Positions 9,162 to 18,484 of a DNA stretch of 64,000 bases are shown piece after piece. A program made the position numbers and the translations under genes. Each line of letters begins with the position of its first letter. Within the stretch, counting starts at the first letter, position 1. A model generated the notes under the pieces. That model did not search any database and had not been told where the DNA came from. It worked only from the letters and a program-made list of their open reading frames with translations. Origin of the DNA: Syntrophales bacterium (GTDB lineage Bacteria > Desulfobacterota > Syntrophia > Syntrophales > UBA2210); assembly GCA_963666365.2 (NCBI GenBank), contig CAXXNF010000002.1, positions 1,504,001-1,568,000 on the forward strand. The letters run 5' to 3'.

Positions 9162-9785
9162 TCCTTTCGTTCCTTCGGCCTTCACTGCGTCGGTGATTGT
9201 CCGGATCTTTTCGTGGTTTTTTATGCCCGGTGCGAGCTCGCAGCCACTGTTGATATCGACGGCCCAGGGGGACACGACCCGAAGGGCATTCACAATATTG
9301 CCGGCGTCAAGACCGCCGGCCAGTATTAGCGGTCGGCGCCGTGCCAGTTGTGTTGCAAGTGCCCAGTTCGACCTCGCCCCCGTACCACCGTACAATCCCC
9401 CGGATCGCGCATCGACAAGAAGCGCCCCGGCAGGATAGGTCGCCGCCTTCTCAACATCTTCTGCCTGCTGCAGGGAAAAGGCCTTTATGACGCTCTTCGA
9501 TGGAAAACGTCCGGCGAATTCAGGCGGCTCGTCTCCGTGAAGCTGGATCATATCGAGACTGCAGAACGCGACCACATCCTTTATTTCGCTTTCCGGCTGA
9601 TTGACAAAGACCCCCACCCGGACCGGTTCCGGCGGCAGCGCATCCACTATGGACCGCACCGCCTCAGGCGTCACGTACCGTGGACTGGGGGGATAAAAAA
9701 TGAACCCCAGAGCATGGGCCCCGCTGTCAGCGGCGCACTGTGCATCAGCGTGATTCGTAATACCGCAGATCTTTATTTCCGTCAT
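9096..9785 (-). CDS. trpF: Phosphoribosylanthranilate isomerase
   Basis: KICGIT, GVFVNQ, QLHGDE, GGTG, ILAGGL. ATGA overlap with trpC. Confidence 0.95.
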   Translation of the reverse strand: MTEIKICGITNHADAQCAADSGAHALGFIFYPPSPRYVTPEAVRSIVDALPPEPVRVGVFVNQPESEIKDVVAFCSLDMIQLHGDEPPEFAGRFPSKSVIKAFSLQQAEDVEKAATYPAGALLVDARSGGLYGGTGARSNWALATQLARRRPLILAGGLDAGNIVNALRVVSPWAVDINSGCELAPGIKNHEKIRTITDAVKAEGTKGGHFPIFYRATGAEASEYLKKR

Positions 9786-10567
9786 GGACACCCTTCCTTT
9801 CCCATGAGCGCGCCCAGCGCCGCAGTCATATCATCACTTCTCATAAGGAACTCCCCCACGAGAAAGGCATGGATTCCTCTTTCCATCAGGAACAGCACAT
9901 CCTTCCGGGAACGAATGCCGCTTTCCGAAACAACGCACACTCCCTGGGGAACATGGGCGGCCAGTTCCGCGCTCACGGCAAGATCGGTGGCAAAGGTGGC
10001 CAAATCCCTGTTGTTGATTCCTATAATGGGCGCCTTCGCTTCGAGGGCGCGATCCAGCTCAGCACGATCGTGCACTTCCACAAGGGAAACCATCCCCAGT
10101 GATTCGGTCAGTGCAATAAATTCGGCAAGCCGATCCGTCTCCAGCATCCGGGCAATCAAAAGAAGCGCATCTCCCGCAAAGGCGCGCGTTTCGTAGATCT
10201 GATAGGGATCGATGATAAAGTCCTTCCTGAGAAGAGGAATGGAGGCGACCTGACCGATCTGCAGAAGATATTCGATAGTGCCTTCAAAAAAGTCTTCCTC
10301 CGTCAGGACCGACAGGGCGGCCGCCCCTCCCCGCTCATAGGCGCGGGCGATTGCACGGGGATCGAAGTCCTCCTTAATCCGCCCTTTCGAGGGCGAACTT
10401 CGTTTGACCTCCGCAATCACGGCACAGGGAGCGCTTTCCACGGCCCCCTTGAAATCACGGGGCGGCGGAACCTCTCCGATCCGCTCCTGGAGAAAAGCAA
10501 GGCTCCGCATTTTCTTGTGCCGGCCCAGCGCACTCTTTTTGGCGTCGATAATTCTGTCGAGTATCAT
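9782..10567 (-). CDS. trpC: Indole-3-glycerol-phosphate synthase
   Basis: IAEVKRSSPSKG, SVLTE, LRKDFI, GINNRDL, SESGI. Confidence 0.96.
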   Translation of the reverse strand: MILDRIIDAKKSALGRHKKMRSLAFLQERIGEVPPPRDFKGAVESAPCAVIAEVKRSSPSKGRIKEDFDPRAIARAYERGGAAALSVLTEEDFFEGTIEYLLQIGQVASIPLLRKDFIIDPYQIYETRAFAGDALLLIARMLETDRLAEFIALTESLGMVSLVEVHDRAELDRALEAKAPIIGINNRDLATFATDLAVSAELAAHVPQGVCVVSESGIRSRKDVLFLMERGIHAFLVGEFLMRSDDMTAALGALMGKEGCP

Positions 10568-10574
10568 GGGATCC

Positions 10575-11585
10575 TCAGCTGTTGCTTATCTCGACGAGGC
10601 CGCGAAGCTTTTTCATGGCAAGACCTCCATCTATAGACTCCTTCGCAACGTCGATCCCTTTCTGAAGAGTACGGACCTTTTCGCCCGCCACAATGGCAAG
10701 ACCTGCATTGAGAAGCACGATATCCCGGGCGGCGCCCTCTGCCCCGGAAAGCACCTCGGTGGTGATTCGGGCGTTTGTGTCGGCATCCTTGCCGAGGAGT
10801 TCCTCCGGGGAATAGGTAACGCCGAAGAGGCTTACCGGATCGATGTTGTAGGTGGAAATCATGCCGTCATTCAATTCGGAAACCCTCGTCTCGGCGGTAA
10901 CGGTGGCTTCGTCAAGACCGTCGGCCCCATGGACCACAAAGGCCCTCTTTGCGCCGAGCCGTTTCAGCACAGATGCAACTACTTCCGTCAGCTTCGCGTC
11001 GTAGACGCCGATCAGCTGAGCGGTGGCCCCGGCAGGATTGGCGAGCGGCCCCAGCATGTTGAACACGGTTCTGATCCCTACTTCTCTCCTTGGTTTTACC
11101 GCATATTTCATGGCCCCGTGAAGTGCCGGCGCAAAGAGAAAGCCGATCCCGATCCGGTGGATGCATTCTTCTATGATTTCCGGTCCTGCCGTAATGTTGA
11201 CGCCCAGGGCTTCCAGCACATCGGCGCTTCCGCATCCGCTCGAAACGGCCCGGTTGCCGTGCTTTGCCACTGTAATACCGGCAGCGGCGACCACAAAGGC
11301 CGTGGTTGTGGAAATATTGAAGGTATTCATCCCGTCGCCGCCGGTCCCGCAGGTATCGACAATAACCGATGAGCGGGTATCGATGCGCGTGGCCTTCTGC
11401 CTCATGATGCGGGCGGCGCCGGTGACTTCATCGATCGTCTCCCCTTTCATACGGAGCGCGGTGATACACGCGCCGATCTGGGCCTCCGTGGCGTCACCCT
11501 CCATAATTTCATCCATCACCGCCATCATCTCCTGCTCTTTTAAGTCATTTCCCTCCACGAGGGTGGCAAGGGCTTCTTTGATCAT
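10575..11585 (-). CDS. trpD: Anthranilate phosphoribosyltransferase
   Basis: DTCGTGGDG, NISTT, KHGNR, GPLANP, GLDE. Confidence 0.96.
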   Translation of the reverse strand: MIKEALATLVEGNDLKEQEMMAVMDEIMEGDATEAQIGACITALRMKGETIDEVTGAARIMRQKATRIDTRSSVIVDTCGTGGDGMNTFNISTTTAFVVAAAGITVAKHGNRAVSSGCGSADVLEALGVNITAGPEIIEECIHRIGIGFLFAPALHGAMKYAVKPRREVGIRTVFNMLGPLANPAGATAQLIGVYDAKLTEVVASVLKRLGAKRAFVVHGADGLDEATVTAETRVSELNDGMISTYNIDPVSLFGVTYSPEELLGKDADTNARITTEVLSGAEGAARDIVLLNAGLAIVAGEKVRTLQKGIDVAKESIDGGLAMKKLRGLVEISNS

Positions 11586-11600
11586 GATAAAAATTCCTCT

Positions 11601-12167
11601 CTAATTTCTTGAAATAAAATTTTTAATAATCCGTTTCCCCTGAGGGGTAAGGATCGATTCGGGATGAAACTGTATCCCTTCCGTGGGATAGACCCGGTGC
11701 CTGAGCCCCATCACTTCCCCTTCTTCCGTTTCGGCACTGATTTCCAGACAGGAGGGGATGCTGTCCCGATCCACGATCAGCGAGTGGTACCGCCCCGCCG
11801 TAAAAGGAGACGGCAGCCCGGAAAAGATGGTTCTGCCGTCATTGAAAATGGGCGAGGTCTTCCCGTGCATAACGCGTTCGGCGCGCACCACCCGTGCCCC
11901 GAAGGCATATCCGATAGCCTGGTGCCCCAGGCAGACACCCATGATGGGAACTTCCCGGTGAAAGCGCCGGATAACCTCGACGGCCACACCGGCATCTTTG
12001 GGAGAACGGGGACCGGGGGATATGACTATCGACGCAGGCTTCATCGCTTCGATGGCCGTCACAGTGATGCAGTCATTTCTGTGCACCGCCACGTCATGTC
12101 CCAGCTGTTCCAGATAGTGCACAATGTTGTAGGTAAACGAGTCATAATTATCGATCATGAGTATCAT
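11601..12167 (-). CDS. trpG: Anthranilate synthase component II (glutamine amidotransferase)
   Basis: IDNYDSFTYN, SPGP, GVCLGHQ, QFHPES. Confidence 0.95.
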   Translation of the reverse strand: MILMIDNYDSFTYNIVHYLEQLGHDVAVHRNDCITVTAIEAMKPASIVISPGPRSPKDAGVAVEVIRRFHREVPIMGVCLGHQAIGYAFGARVVRAERVMHGKTSPIFNDGRTIFSGLPSPFTAGRYHSLIVDRDSIPSCLEISAETEEGEVMGLRHRVYPTEGIQFHPESILTPQGKRIIKNFISRN

Positions 12168-12179
12168 TGGACGCCCCCC

Positions 12180-13670
12180 TCAGCGTGTAAGTAAAAAATT
12201 ATTGGCCGCCAGATGAATCGCCTCCATCATGGCTTTGGCTTTGTGCATGGTTTCTTCATATTCAAGATCGGGGTCGGAATCAGCCACAATCCCGGCGCCG
12301 GTCTGTATGAAAAGGGTCCCCTCTTCTACCGTGATGGTACGAATGGTGATGCACAGGTCCATATTCCCCGTGTATCCGATATACCCTACGGCCCCTCCGT
12401 AGGGTCCCCGGCGGCTTTCTTCCAGTTCTTCTATAATTTCCATGGCCCTCACCTTCGGCGCCCCGGTGAGGGTGCCCGCAGGAAAGGTCGCCCGCAGCAC
12501 ATCGAAGGCATCTTTGCCGGGCGCAAGCTGCGCCTGTACATTCGATACAAGATGCATTACATGGGAATAGCGCTCCACCATCATAAGCCGCGTCACCTGG
12601 ACGCTTCCTGTCCGGGCAACTCTTCCCAGATCGTTCCTTCCCAGATCGACAAGCATGATGTGTTCGGCCTTTTCCTTGGCGTCGCCCAGAAGCTCGTCGG
12701 CCAGCATCCGATCTTCCTGCTCGTTTTTCCCCCGGCGCCGCGTCCCGGCGATCGGTCGCAGCTCGGCGATACCCTCTTCCATGCGCACCATGACCTCGGG
12801 AGAAGAGCCGATAAGCGTAATATCGCCGAGTTTGAGATAAAAGAGGTAGGGCGAAGGATTAATGAAGCGTAGGGCGCGATACAAATCGACGGGATTCATA
12901 TCGCTTTTCCTTCGAAACCGCTGTGACAGCACCACCTGTATCACATCGCCGTTGACAATGTACTCCTTGGCTTTTCTGACCATGTCCTTGAAAGCCTCAG
13001 GCGCCCTCTCCGGCTGAAGCGAAAAATCGCCTCCTGAACTACGCCGAACCGGTTCCTCCCCGTCCTTTGACGTTACACTGTCGATCGTCTCTTCGATCTT
13101 TCGAAGGCCCTCGTCATAGAGGGAACGAAGATCGCTTCCCTCATCGACGCGGATTGAGGCGACTGCTTTGATTGTATGCCGGATATGGTCGAAGATAACC
13201 ACGGTATCGGTGATAATGAACACCGCATCCACCCTCTCGGAATCACCAGTGATGACCTCGGGAAGTTTTTCAAAATACCGGACCATGTCGTAGCCGAGAT
13301 AGCCCAGGGCGCCTCCGTAAAATCGGGGCAGACTGTCAGTGGGAACGGGATGGTATTTTCCCACAAGGTTCTTCAAATATTTCATCGGATCGCCCTGATG
13401 CGCGCAGCTCGTTTTTTTCCCATTTTCCTCGATCTCGACGCGGGACCCGACAACCCTGAATATTGTCCGGGGGTCACATCCCAGAAAGGTGTAGCGACCC
13501 CACTTTTCACCCCCCTCCATGCTCTCCAGAAGATAGGCGTAGGACTTGGCACGAAGGTTCATCAATGCCGTCACCGGAGTGTGGATGTCGGCCAGAATTT
13601 CCCGATAGAGGGGCACCAGGCTTCCCGGCGCGGCGAGTTTTGCAAATGCATCAAATGTCAGTGAGTACAT
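12180..13670 (-). CDS. trpE: Anthranilate synthase component I
   Basis: LLES, NPSPY, GSSPE, PIAGT, AEHIMLVDLGRND, TGAPK. Confidence 0.96.
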   Translation of the reverse strand: MYSLTFDAFAKLAAPGSLVPLYREILADIHTPVTALMNLRAKSYAYLLESMEGGEKWGRYTFLGCDPRTIFRVVGSRVEIEENGKKTSCAHQGDPMKYLKNLVGKYHPVPTDSLPRFYGGALGYLGYDMVRYFEKLPEVITGDSERVDAVFIITDTVVIFDHIRHTIKAVASIRVDEGSDLRSLYDEGLRKIEETIDSVTSKDGEEPVRRSSGGDFSLQPERAPEAFKDMVRKAKEYIVNGDVIQVVLSQRFRRKSDMNPVDLYRALRFINPSPYLFYLKLGDITLIGSSPEVMVRMEEGIAELRPIAGTRRRGKNEQEDRMLADELLGDAKEKAEHIMLVDLGRNDLGRVARTGSVQVTRLMMVERYSHVMHLVSNVQAQLAPGKDAFDVLRATFPAGTLTGAPKVRAMEIIEELEESRRGPYGGAVGYIGYTGNMDLCITIRTITVEEGTLFIQTGAGIVADSDPDLEYEETMHKAKAMMEAIHLAANNFLLTR

Positions 13671-13686
13671 GTCCCTTTCTCCTTAC

Positions 13687-13764
13687 AAAAAAAGGCCGTG
13701 AGTTGCTCACGGCCTTTTCAATTTATATACAGGGCCGTGAAACCCGGAAGGGGGTTTCACGGCC
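13687..13764 (-). terminator. trp attenuator: tandem hairpins, the gene-proximal one followed by U7
   Basis: Hairpin A GGCCGTGAAACCC/GGGTTTCACGGCC (13733-13764). Hairpin B GGCCGTGAG-CAA-CTCACGGCC-TTTTTTT (13687-13714). Confidence 0.8.
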
Positions 13765-13786
13765 TTGATATCAATATTTCAGTCTA

Positions 13787-13843
13787 TCAGCGGCGGATAC
13801 ACCCCTTCCTTTTGATGCGGGTCCACCACCAGTTACGGTTCAT
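13787..13843 (-). CDS. trpL: trp leader peptide MNRNWWWTRIKRKGCIRR
   Basis: Three consecutive TGG codons upstream of the terminator and trpE. In-frame upstream starts at 13870, 13897 and 13927. Confidence 0.85.
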   Translation of the reverse strand: MNRNWWWTRIKRKGCIRR

Positions 13844-13922
13844 CTGTTCTGTCTGGTCTATTTGGTTCATTTGGTCTGTCTGGTCTGTTTGGTTCATTTG
13901 GTCTGTCTGGTCTGATTGGTCA
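13844..13922. repeat. Degenerate 9-bp tandem repeat (TCTGGTCTG/TTTGGTTCA type, about 8 units)
   Basis: Read directly. Same unit as 24227-24270. Confidence 0.9.
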
Positions 13923-13953
13923 GACAAACTCACCCTTCATTAAAGTGGACCTG

Positions 13954-13982
13954 TGTATAACAGCTTTAAAAGTGACAGTCAA
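13954..13982 (-). promoter_or_regulatory. Internal sigma70-type promoter for trpL-trpE
   Basis: TTGACT, 17-bp spacer, TATACA with an upstream TG. Confidence 0.55.
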
Positions 13983-14016
13983 CAGAAAAATGATTCTATC
14001 GATAGAAACACGCAAA

Positions 14017-14110
14017 AACAGGGACACTTCCCTATTTTTTTTGCAGAAGAGTTCTGTTTCCGTATTTATATTATAGTCTTACGAACCAAAAATAGGGAAG
14101 TGTCCCTGTT
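14017..14110. repeat. REPIN-like element with perfect 23-bp inverted repeats
   Basis: AACAGGGACACTTCCCTATTTTT (14017-14039) and its reverse complement (14088-14110). Overlaps the aroC 3' end. Confidence 0.88.
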
Positions 14111-15158
14111 GTATAGTGCGCTGCCGAAGAAGGTGGTCGGCGAGGACGATGGCCGTCATGGCCTCGCAGACCGGGATGATGCGGGGGATCACCGATATAT
14201 CGTGTCTTCCACCGATGCGCACGGTGGCGGCGTTTCCGTGACGATCGATTGTCTGCTGCTCACGGGCGATGGATGGAATTGGTTTGCAGGACACGCGCAG
14301 AACGACAGTGTCGCCCGTGGTGATTCCGGCCAGTATCCCCCCGGCGTTGTTGGAAAGAAATCCATCCGGTCCAATCGGGTCGTTCATCTCGCTCCCCCTC
14401 AGGCGGGCCGCCTCACGTCCGGCGCCGACCTCCACAGCCTTGACGGTACCGATGCTCATGAGGGCCTTGGCTAAATCGGCATCCATCTTGTCGAAGACGG
14501 GCTCGCCAAGCCCGGCGGGACATCCCCTGACCAGGATCTCGACGATCCCTCCCAGAGTGTCGCCGCTGCGGCGCGCCTCGTCCAGGGCCGCCTCCATGGA
14601 CTGCGCCGCCTTCCCATCGGGGCAGCACAGCCTGTTTCCGCCGATTTGCGACTCATTAAAGCATGCGGCGGCAATGCCGCCCAGTTCCTGTGTATAGGCA
14701 ACGACTGTCACGCCTTCGGTCAGGATAATTTTTTTCGCCACGGCGCCGGCAGCCACACGGCCAAGGGTCTCCCGTCCCGATGCGCGCCCTCCTCCCCGGT
14801 AATCCCGCATGCCGTATTTCTTATCGTAACTGTAATCACCATGGCCGGGCCGGTAGATGTCGCGCAGCATGTCGTAATCACGGCTCTTCGCATCCCGGTT
14901 CATTACCATGAGTGAAAGGGGGGTCCCTGTCGTTTTGTCCTCAAAAATGCCCGACAGGATTTCCACACGGTCCTCTTCTTTACGGGGGGAAGAAAAAGGA
15001 TCGCCGCCCGGTTTTCTGCGGTCCAGCTCTTTCTGCAGATCTTCAACGGACAGATCGATTCCCGGCGGGCATCCGTCGATGACAACGCCGGTCGCTTTGC
15101 CGTGAGATTCGCCCCATGTGGTAACGGTGAATACCCTGCCTATGGAGTTGCCTGACAT
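14079..15158 (-). CDS. aroC: Chorismate synthase
   Basis: [39 protein letters not shown]. Confidence 0.96.
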   Translation of the reverse strand: MSGNSIGRVFTVTTWGESHGKATGVVIDGCPPGIDLSVEDLQKELDRRKPGGDPFSSPRKEEDRVEILSGIFEDKTTGTPLSLMVMNRDAKSRDYDMLRDIYRPGHGDYSYDKKYGMRDYRGGGRASGRETLGRVAAGAVAKKIILTEGVTVVAYTQELGGIAAACFNESQIGGNRLCCPDGKAAQSMEAALDEARRSGDTLGGIVEILVRGCPAGLGEPVFDKMDADLAKALMSIGTVKAVEVGAGREAARLRGSEMNDPIGPDGFLSNNAGGILAGITTGDTVVLRVSCKPIPSIAREQQTIDRHGNAATVRIGGRHDISVIPRIIPVCEAMTAIVLADHLLRQRTIQQGHFPIFGS

Positions 15159-15688
15159 ATCTCTTTCCCTTCTTTATGCATATAATCGAGGATCTGAACG
15201 GCGGTCTCGTCGGCCGCCGCAGAGGTAGTGTCTATAATCAGATCGGCCATCTCCCGATAGAGAGGCATCCGCTGCTCCAGAATGAGCTCGATCTCATCCG
15301 CAAGCGGATCGTGGGAAAGCGGTGGACGCTCTTCTTCACTTTTTCCATCGACGATCATACGCGCAACGATGGCATCCCGTTCGGCGGTAAGCCAGACGAC
15401 CAGATTACCCTCGGAAAGGCGTCGCCTATTGTCCCCATTTTCCACCGCTCCGCCCCCGGTGGCGATGACCCTTCCCTGCGCGGTGGCGACCTCTTCAATC
15501 ACCTCATGTTCGTGCGCGCGAAAGAAACTCCACCCTCTCTCTGCGACCATCCGTGAGATCGACTGACCTACACGCGCCTGCACAACGTCGTCGGTATCCA
15601 TAACGGGCAGGTGCAGCATCCGTCCGAGCGCCCTCGCCACCGTCGATTTGCCTGTGCACCGGTATCCTATGAGTACCACGTTATTCAT
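15140..15688 (-). CDS. aroK: Shikimate kinase
   Basis: [21 protein letters not shown]. Confidence 0.93.
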   Translation of the reverse strand: MNNVVLIGYRCTGKSTVARALGRMLHLPVMDTDDVVQARVGQSISRMVAERGWSFFRAHEHEVIEEVATAQGRVIATGGGAVENGDNRRRLSEGNLVVWLTAERDAIVARMIVDGKSEEERPPLSHDPLADEIELILEQRMPLYREMADLIIDTTSAAADETAVQILDYMHKEGKEICQATP

Positions 15689-16950
15689 AGTGACAGCTCC
15701 TCCATTACATCCCAGAATGTGGGAAAGGACTTGGCCACCGTCCCTTCATTTTTTATCTTCATCCCTTGCACGGCAAGTCCCGCTGCGGCAAAGCTCATGG
15801 CAATGCGGTGATCATTGTATGTTTCTATCTCGGCGCCCCGCAGGTCGCCGCCCCAAATGACCATCCCGTCGTCCCGTTCTTCGGCCCGCGCACCGATTTT
15901 TCTTAATTCGCATACCGTCGCCTCGATGCGGTCGCTTTCCTTGAACCGAAGGTGCGGCACCCTGGAAATGCGCGTGCAACCGGGCCGGAAGGCGGCCAGC
16001 AGGGCTACCGTGGGCACGAGATCGGGCATACCGCCCATATCGAACTGAAAATCCCCTGCGGCAAGATTCCTGCCCTGCACGTCAATCCAGTCCACACCTT
16101 TTTCAACCCTGCATCCGAGCGTCTCCAGAATCGAAAGAAATCCTATGTCCCCCTGCTTCGTGCCATGGTGTATGTTGGTGACCCGGACCTTCCCCTTGAG
16201 TATGGCGGCAGCCAGAAAAAAATAGGAGGCGCTGGACACATCCCCTTCGACGCGATACCGTGTTCCCCGGTACTTTTGACGGGCTCTGATAAAATAGTCA
16301 CTGTTGCTCAGCGAAAGGACCTTCACACCGAAATGCCCCATGACATCGGTGGTGATATCGATATAGGGTTTTGACACCGCGCTTCCTTTCAGCGCGAGGG
16401 TTACATCATCCGCCGCATAGGGCGCCGATATGAGAATTGACGATATATATTGGCTGCTCTCCGGATTTTCTATGACAATTCTCCCCCCTTCGATGCCACC
16501 GCCTTTGACCTCAACGGGAGGGCAGCCGTCATTATGCAGGCTGCCGCAGTCGACACCAGCGGCTTTCAGGGCCTTCAGAAGGGTTCCCATGGGCCTCTGG
16601 CGGAGACGTTCATTTCCATCAAGAATGGAAACGCCCCGCCCAAGCGCCGCCATTGTCATGAGAAACCGAAAGGCCGTTCCGTTGTTCCCCAGGTAGATCG
16701 GTTCTCCCGGTGTCGTCAGCGCACCCCCCGTTCCACTCACAATGATGTCGTCATCGGCAACCAGAATCTGGGCGCCGAACGCGCGAAGCGCATCTATGAG
16801 GAAGCCCGTATCCTCCGATATAAGGCAATTGCGCAAAAAGCTTCTTCCTTCCGCCAGTGCCGCAATCACGAGGGCTCTCTGCGTATAGCTTTTAGAACCG
16901 GGCATTGCAACGGTGGCATTGAGATGTGTGATCCTTTTAATTTCTTTCAT
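15685..16950 (-). CDS. aroA: EPSP synthase
   Basis: PGSKS, GNNGTAFR, ESSQY, KESDR, DHRIAM, KSFP. Confidence 0.96.
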   Translation of the reverse strand: MKEIKRITHLNATVAMPGSKSYTQRALVIAALAEGRSFLRNCLISEDTGFLIDALRAFGAQILVADDDIIVSGTGGALTTPGEPIYLGNNGTAFRFLMTMAALGRGVSILDGNERLRQRPMGTLLKALKAAGVDCGSLHNDGCPPVEVKGGGIEGGRIVIENPESSQYISSILISAPYAADDVTLALKGSAVSKPYIDITTDVMGHFGVKVLSLSNSDYFIRARQKYRGTRYRVEGDVSSASYFFLAAAILKGKVRVTNIHHGTKQGDIGFLSILETLGCRVEKGVDWIDVQGRNLAAGDFQFDMGGMPDLVPTVALLAAFRPGCTRISRVPHLRFKESDRIEATVCELRKIGARAEERDDGMVIWGGDLRGAEIETYNDHRIAMSFAAAGLAVQGMKIKNEGTVAKSFPTFWDVMEELSL

Positions 16951-17755
16951 GTGTCAGATGATCCCGCACCACTCGCATCATCGCTTCCACGGGTGGTTCC
17001 TTTCCTGTCCATAGACGTAGTTGCTGGCCGCCCTGGTGCACGAACATTGCCAGACCCGAAAGGGCCGTGCACCCGGTCTTCACCGCATCTTTCATGAGTG
17101 TGGTTTCCAGGGGATTGTAGATGGTGTCCATCACCCAGGCAAATCGTTCAAGCACGGACTGCGCCACCGGCGATTGACCGACATTTGGCCACATACCCAC
17201 AGGGGTTGTGTTGATAAGACAGTCCGCATCGACGGTGCGCACATCGGCAAGAGGCACGAACTCACAGTTCATGTCCCGGGCGACCTCCTTTCCGCGCGGC
17301 ACCGTGCGATTAAGGAGCAGCGGCGCTCCCCCGTTTTTTTTTATGCAATAGATGACCGCCCGCGCGGCACCGCCGGCCCCCAGAACGGCATACCGCCTGC
17401 CCGCGATTGTCATCACCTCCGCGAGGGCCCGCTCCACGCCCAGCCAGTCGGTATTGTCGCCTCTCAATTTCCCGTCACTTTCTATTACGGTATTGACGGC
17501 GCCAATCGCACGGGCGTCCTCCGAGAGCTCATCGAGAAAATTCATGACAGCGACTTTATGGGGAATCGTGACGCTTGCCCCTTCAATCCCCATGGACCTG
17601 ATACAACCGACAATGTCCTGCGCCCGGCTCACCGCCACTGCCCGGTAATGACCGCGGATTCCCATTTGATCAAAGGCATACGTCATCATCAGAGGCGACA
17701 CACTGTGTGCCACAGGATTCCCAAAAAGGGCAAACCGCCGAACCATACCTTCCAT
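16937..17755 (-). CDS. aroE: Shikimate dehydrogenase
   Basis: HSVSP, VTIPHK, GAVNT, NTD, GAGGAA, NTTPVGM. Confidence 0.95.
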   Translation of the reverse strand: MEGMVRRFALFGNPVAHSVSPLMMTYAFDQMGIRGHYRAVAVSRAQDIVGCIRSMGIEGASVTIPHKVAVMNFLDELSEDARAIGAVNTVIESDGKLRGDNTDWLGVERALAEVMTIAGRRYAVLGAGGAARAVIYCIKKNGGAPLLLNRTVPRGKEVARDMNCEFVPLADVRTVDADCLINTTPVGMWPNVGQSPVAQSVLERFAWVMDTIYNPLETTLMKDAVKTGCTALSGLAMFVHQGGQQLRLWTGKEPPVEAMMRVVRDHLTHERN

Positions 17756-17771
17756 ACCCTTCCCCTCTTCA

Positions 17772-17807
17772 ACTTTTCCTACTTTTCCTACTCTTCCTAC
17801 TTTTCAT
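17772..17807. repeat. 9-bp tandem repeat (ACTTTTCCT x4) between aroD and aroE
   Basis: acttttcct acttttcct actcttcct acttttcat. A related unit occurs at 58681-58799. Confidence 0.8.
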
Positions 17808-18484
17808 ACCCTCACCACTTTCATGATCGTCTTCGCCTCCTCCAGGGTCAGCTGCCCCGGCGCTGTCACCTGAGCGTCATCGAGGGCGACATAGCTCATC
17901 CATGACCCGAAAGACGGGGCTGCAATTCGGCTGATTCTCCCCTTCTCTCCCATGCAGAACCCGATGATCCGCTGTCCCATGGCGTCCGCCCACTGCACCA
18001 GTTCCAGAAGCCTGAGATTATCCTTCATATGGCAGGCCATAGTGACAATTTTCACAATGTGGGCGCCGTGCCGGCGGGATTCTTCCACAACGGATCGCAG
18101 TTTCCTCATTCCCGGGGTTCCTTCGAAGTCGTGATAGGAGAGAATCAGCTCCGTCCTGCCGCTGCTGTTTTCCACGGAATGCACTATCCGCCCACGCCAC
18201 TCCCTGTCGGTTCTCAACTCAACATCCACCATGTCGGCCCCCAGGGCAACCGCCTCGAGCAGAAGGGCGCAGCGCCTCTCCTCGCTTCCGGAAAAAAAGC
18301 CCCCCTCGTCTCTTCTTCTGTTCGTGACCAGTATTGTTCCTTTGCGATTTGTCAGCAGCATTGAGAGATCCGGCTTATCGAGGGCATCAATGCGCATCTC
18401 CACTACATCGGCGCAGGACGCACACCGGGCCATGGATTGAATCGCCTCTTCGTTGGTGGCGACACAGAGGGGGATGCAGATCAT
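17804..18484 (-). CDS. aroD: Type I 3-dehydroquinate dehydratase
   Basis: EMRID, DVEL, SYHDFEGTP, IVKIV, MGEKGRISR, APGQ. Confidence 0.94.
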   Translation of the reverse strand: MICIPLCVATNEEAIQSMARCASCADVVEMRIDALDKPDLSMLLTNRKGTILVTNRRRDEGGFFSGSEERRCALLLEAVALGADMVDVELRTDREWRGRIVHSVENSSGRTELILSYHDFEGTPGMRKLRSVVEESRRHGAHIVKIVTMACHMKDNLRLLELVQWADAMGQRIIGFCMGEKGRISRIAAPSFGSWMSYVALDDAQVTAPGQLTLEEAKTIMKVVRV

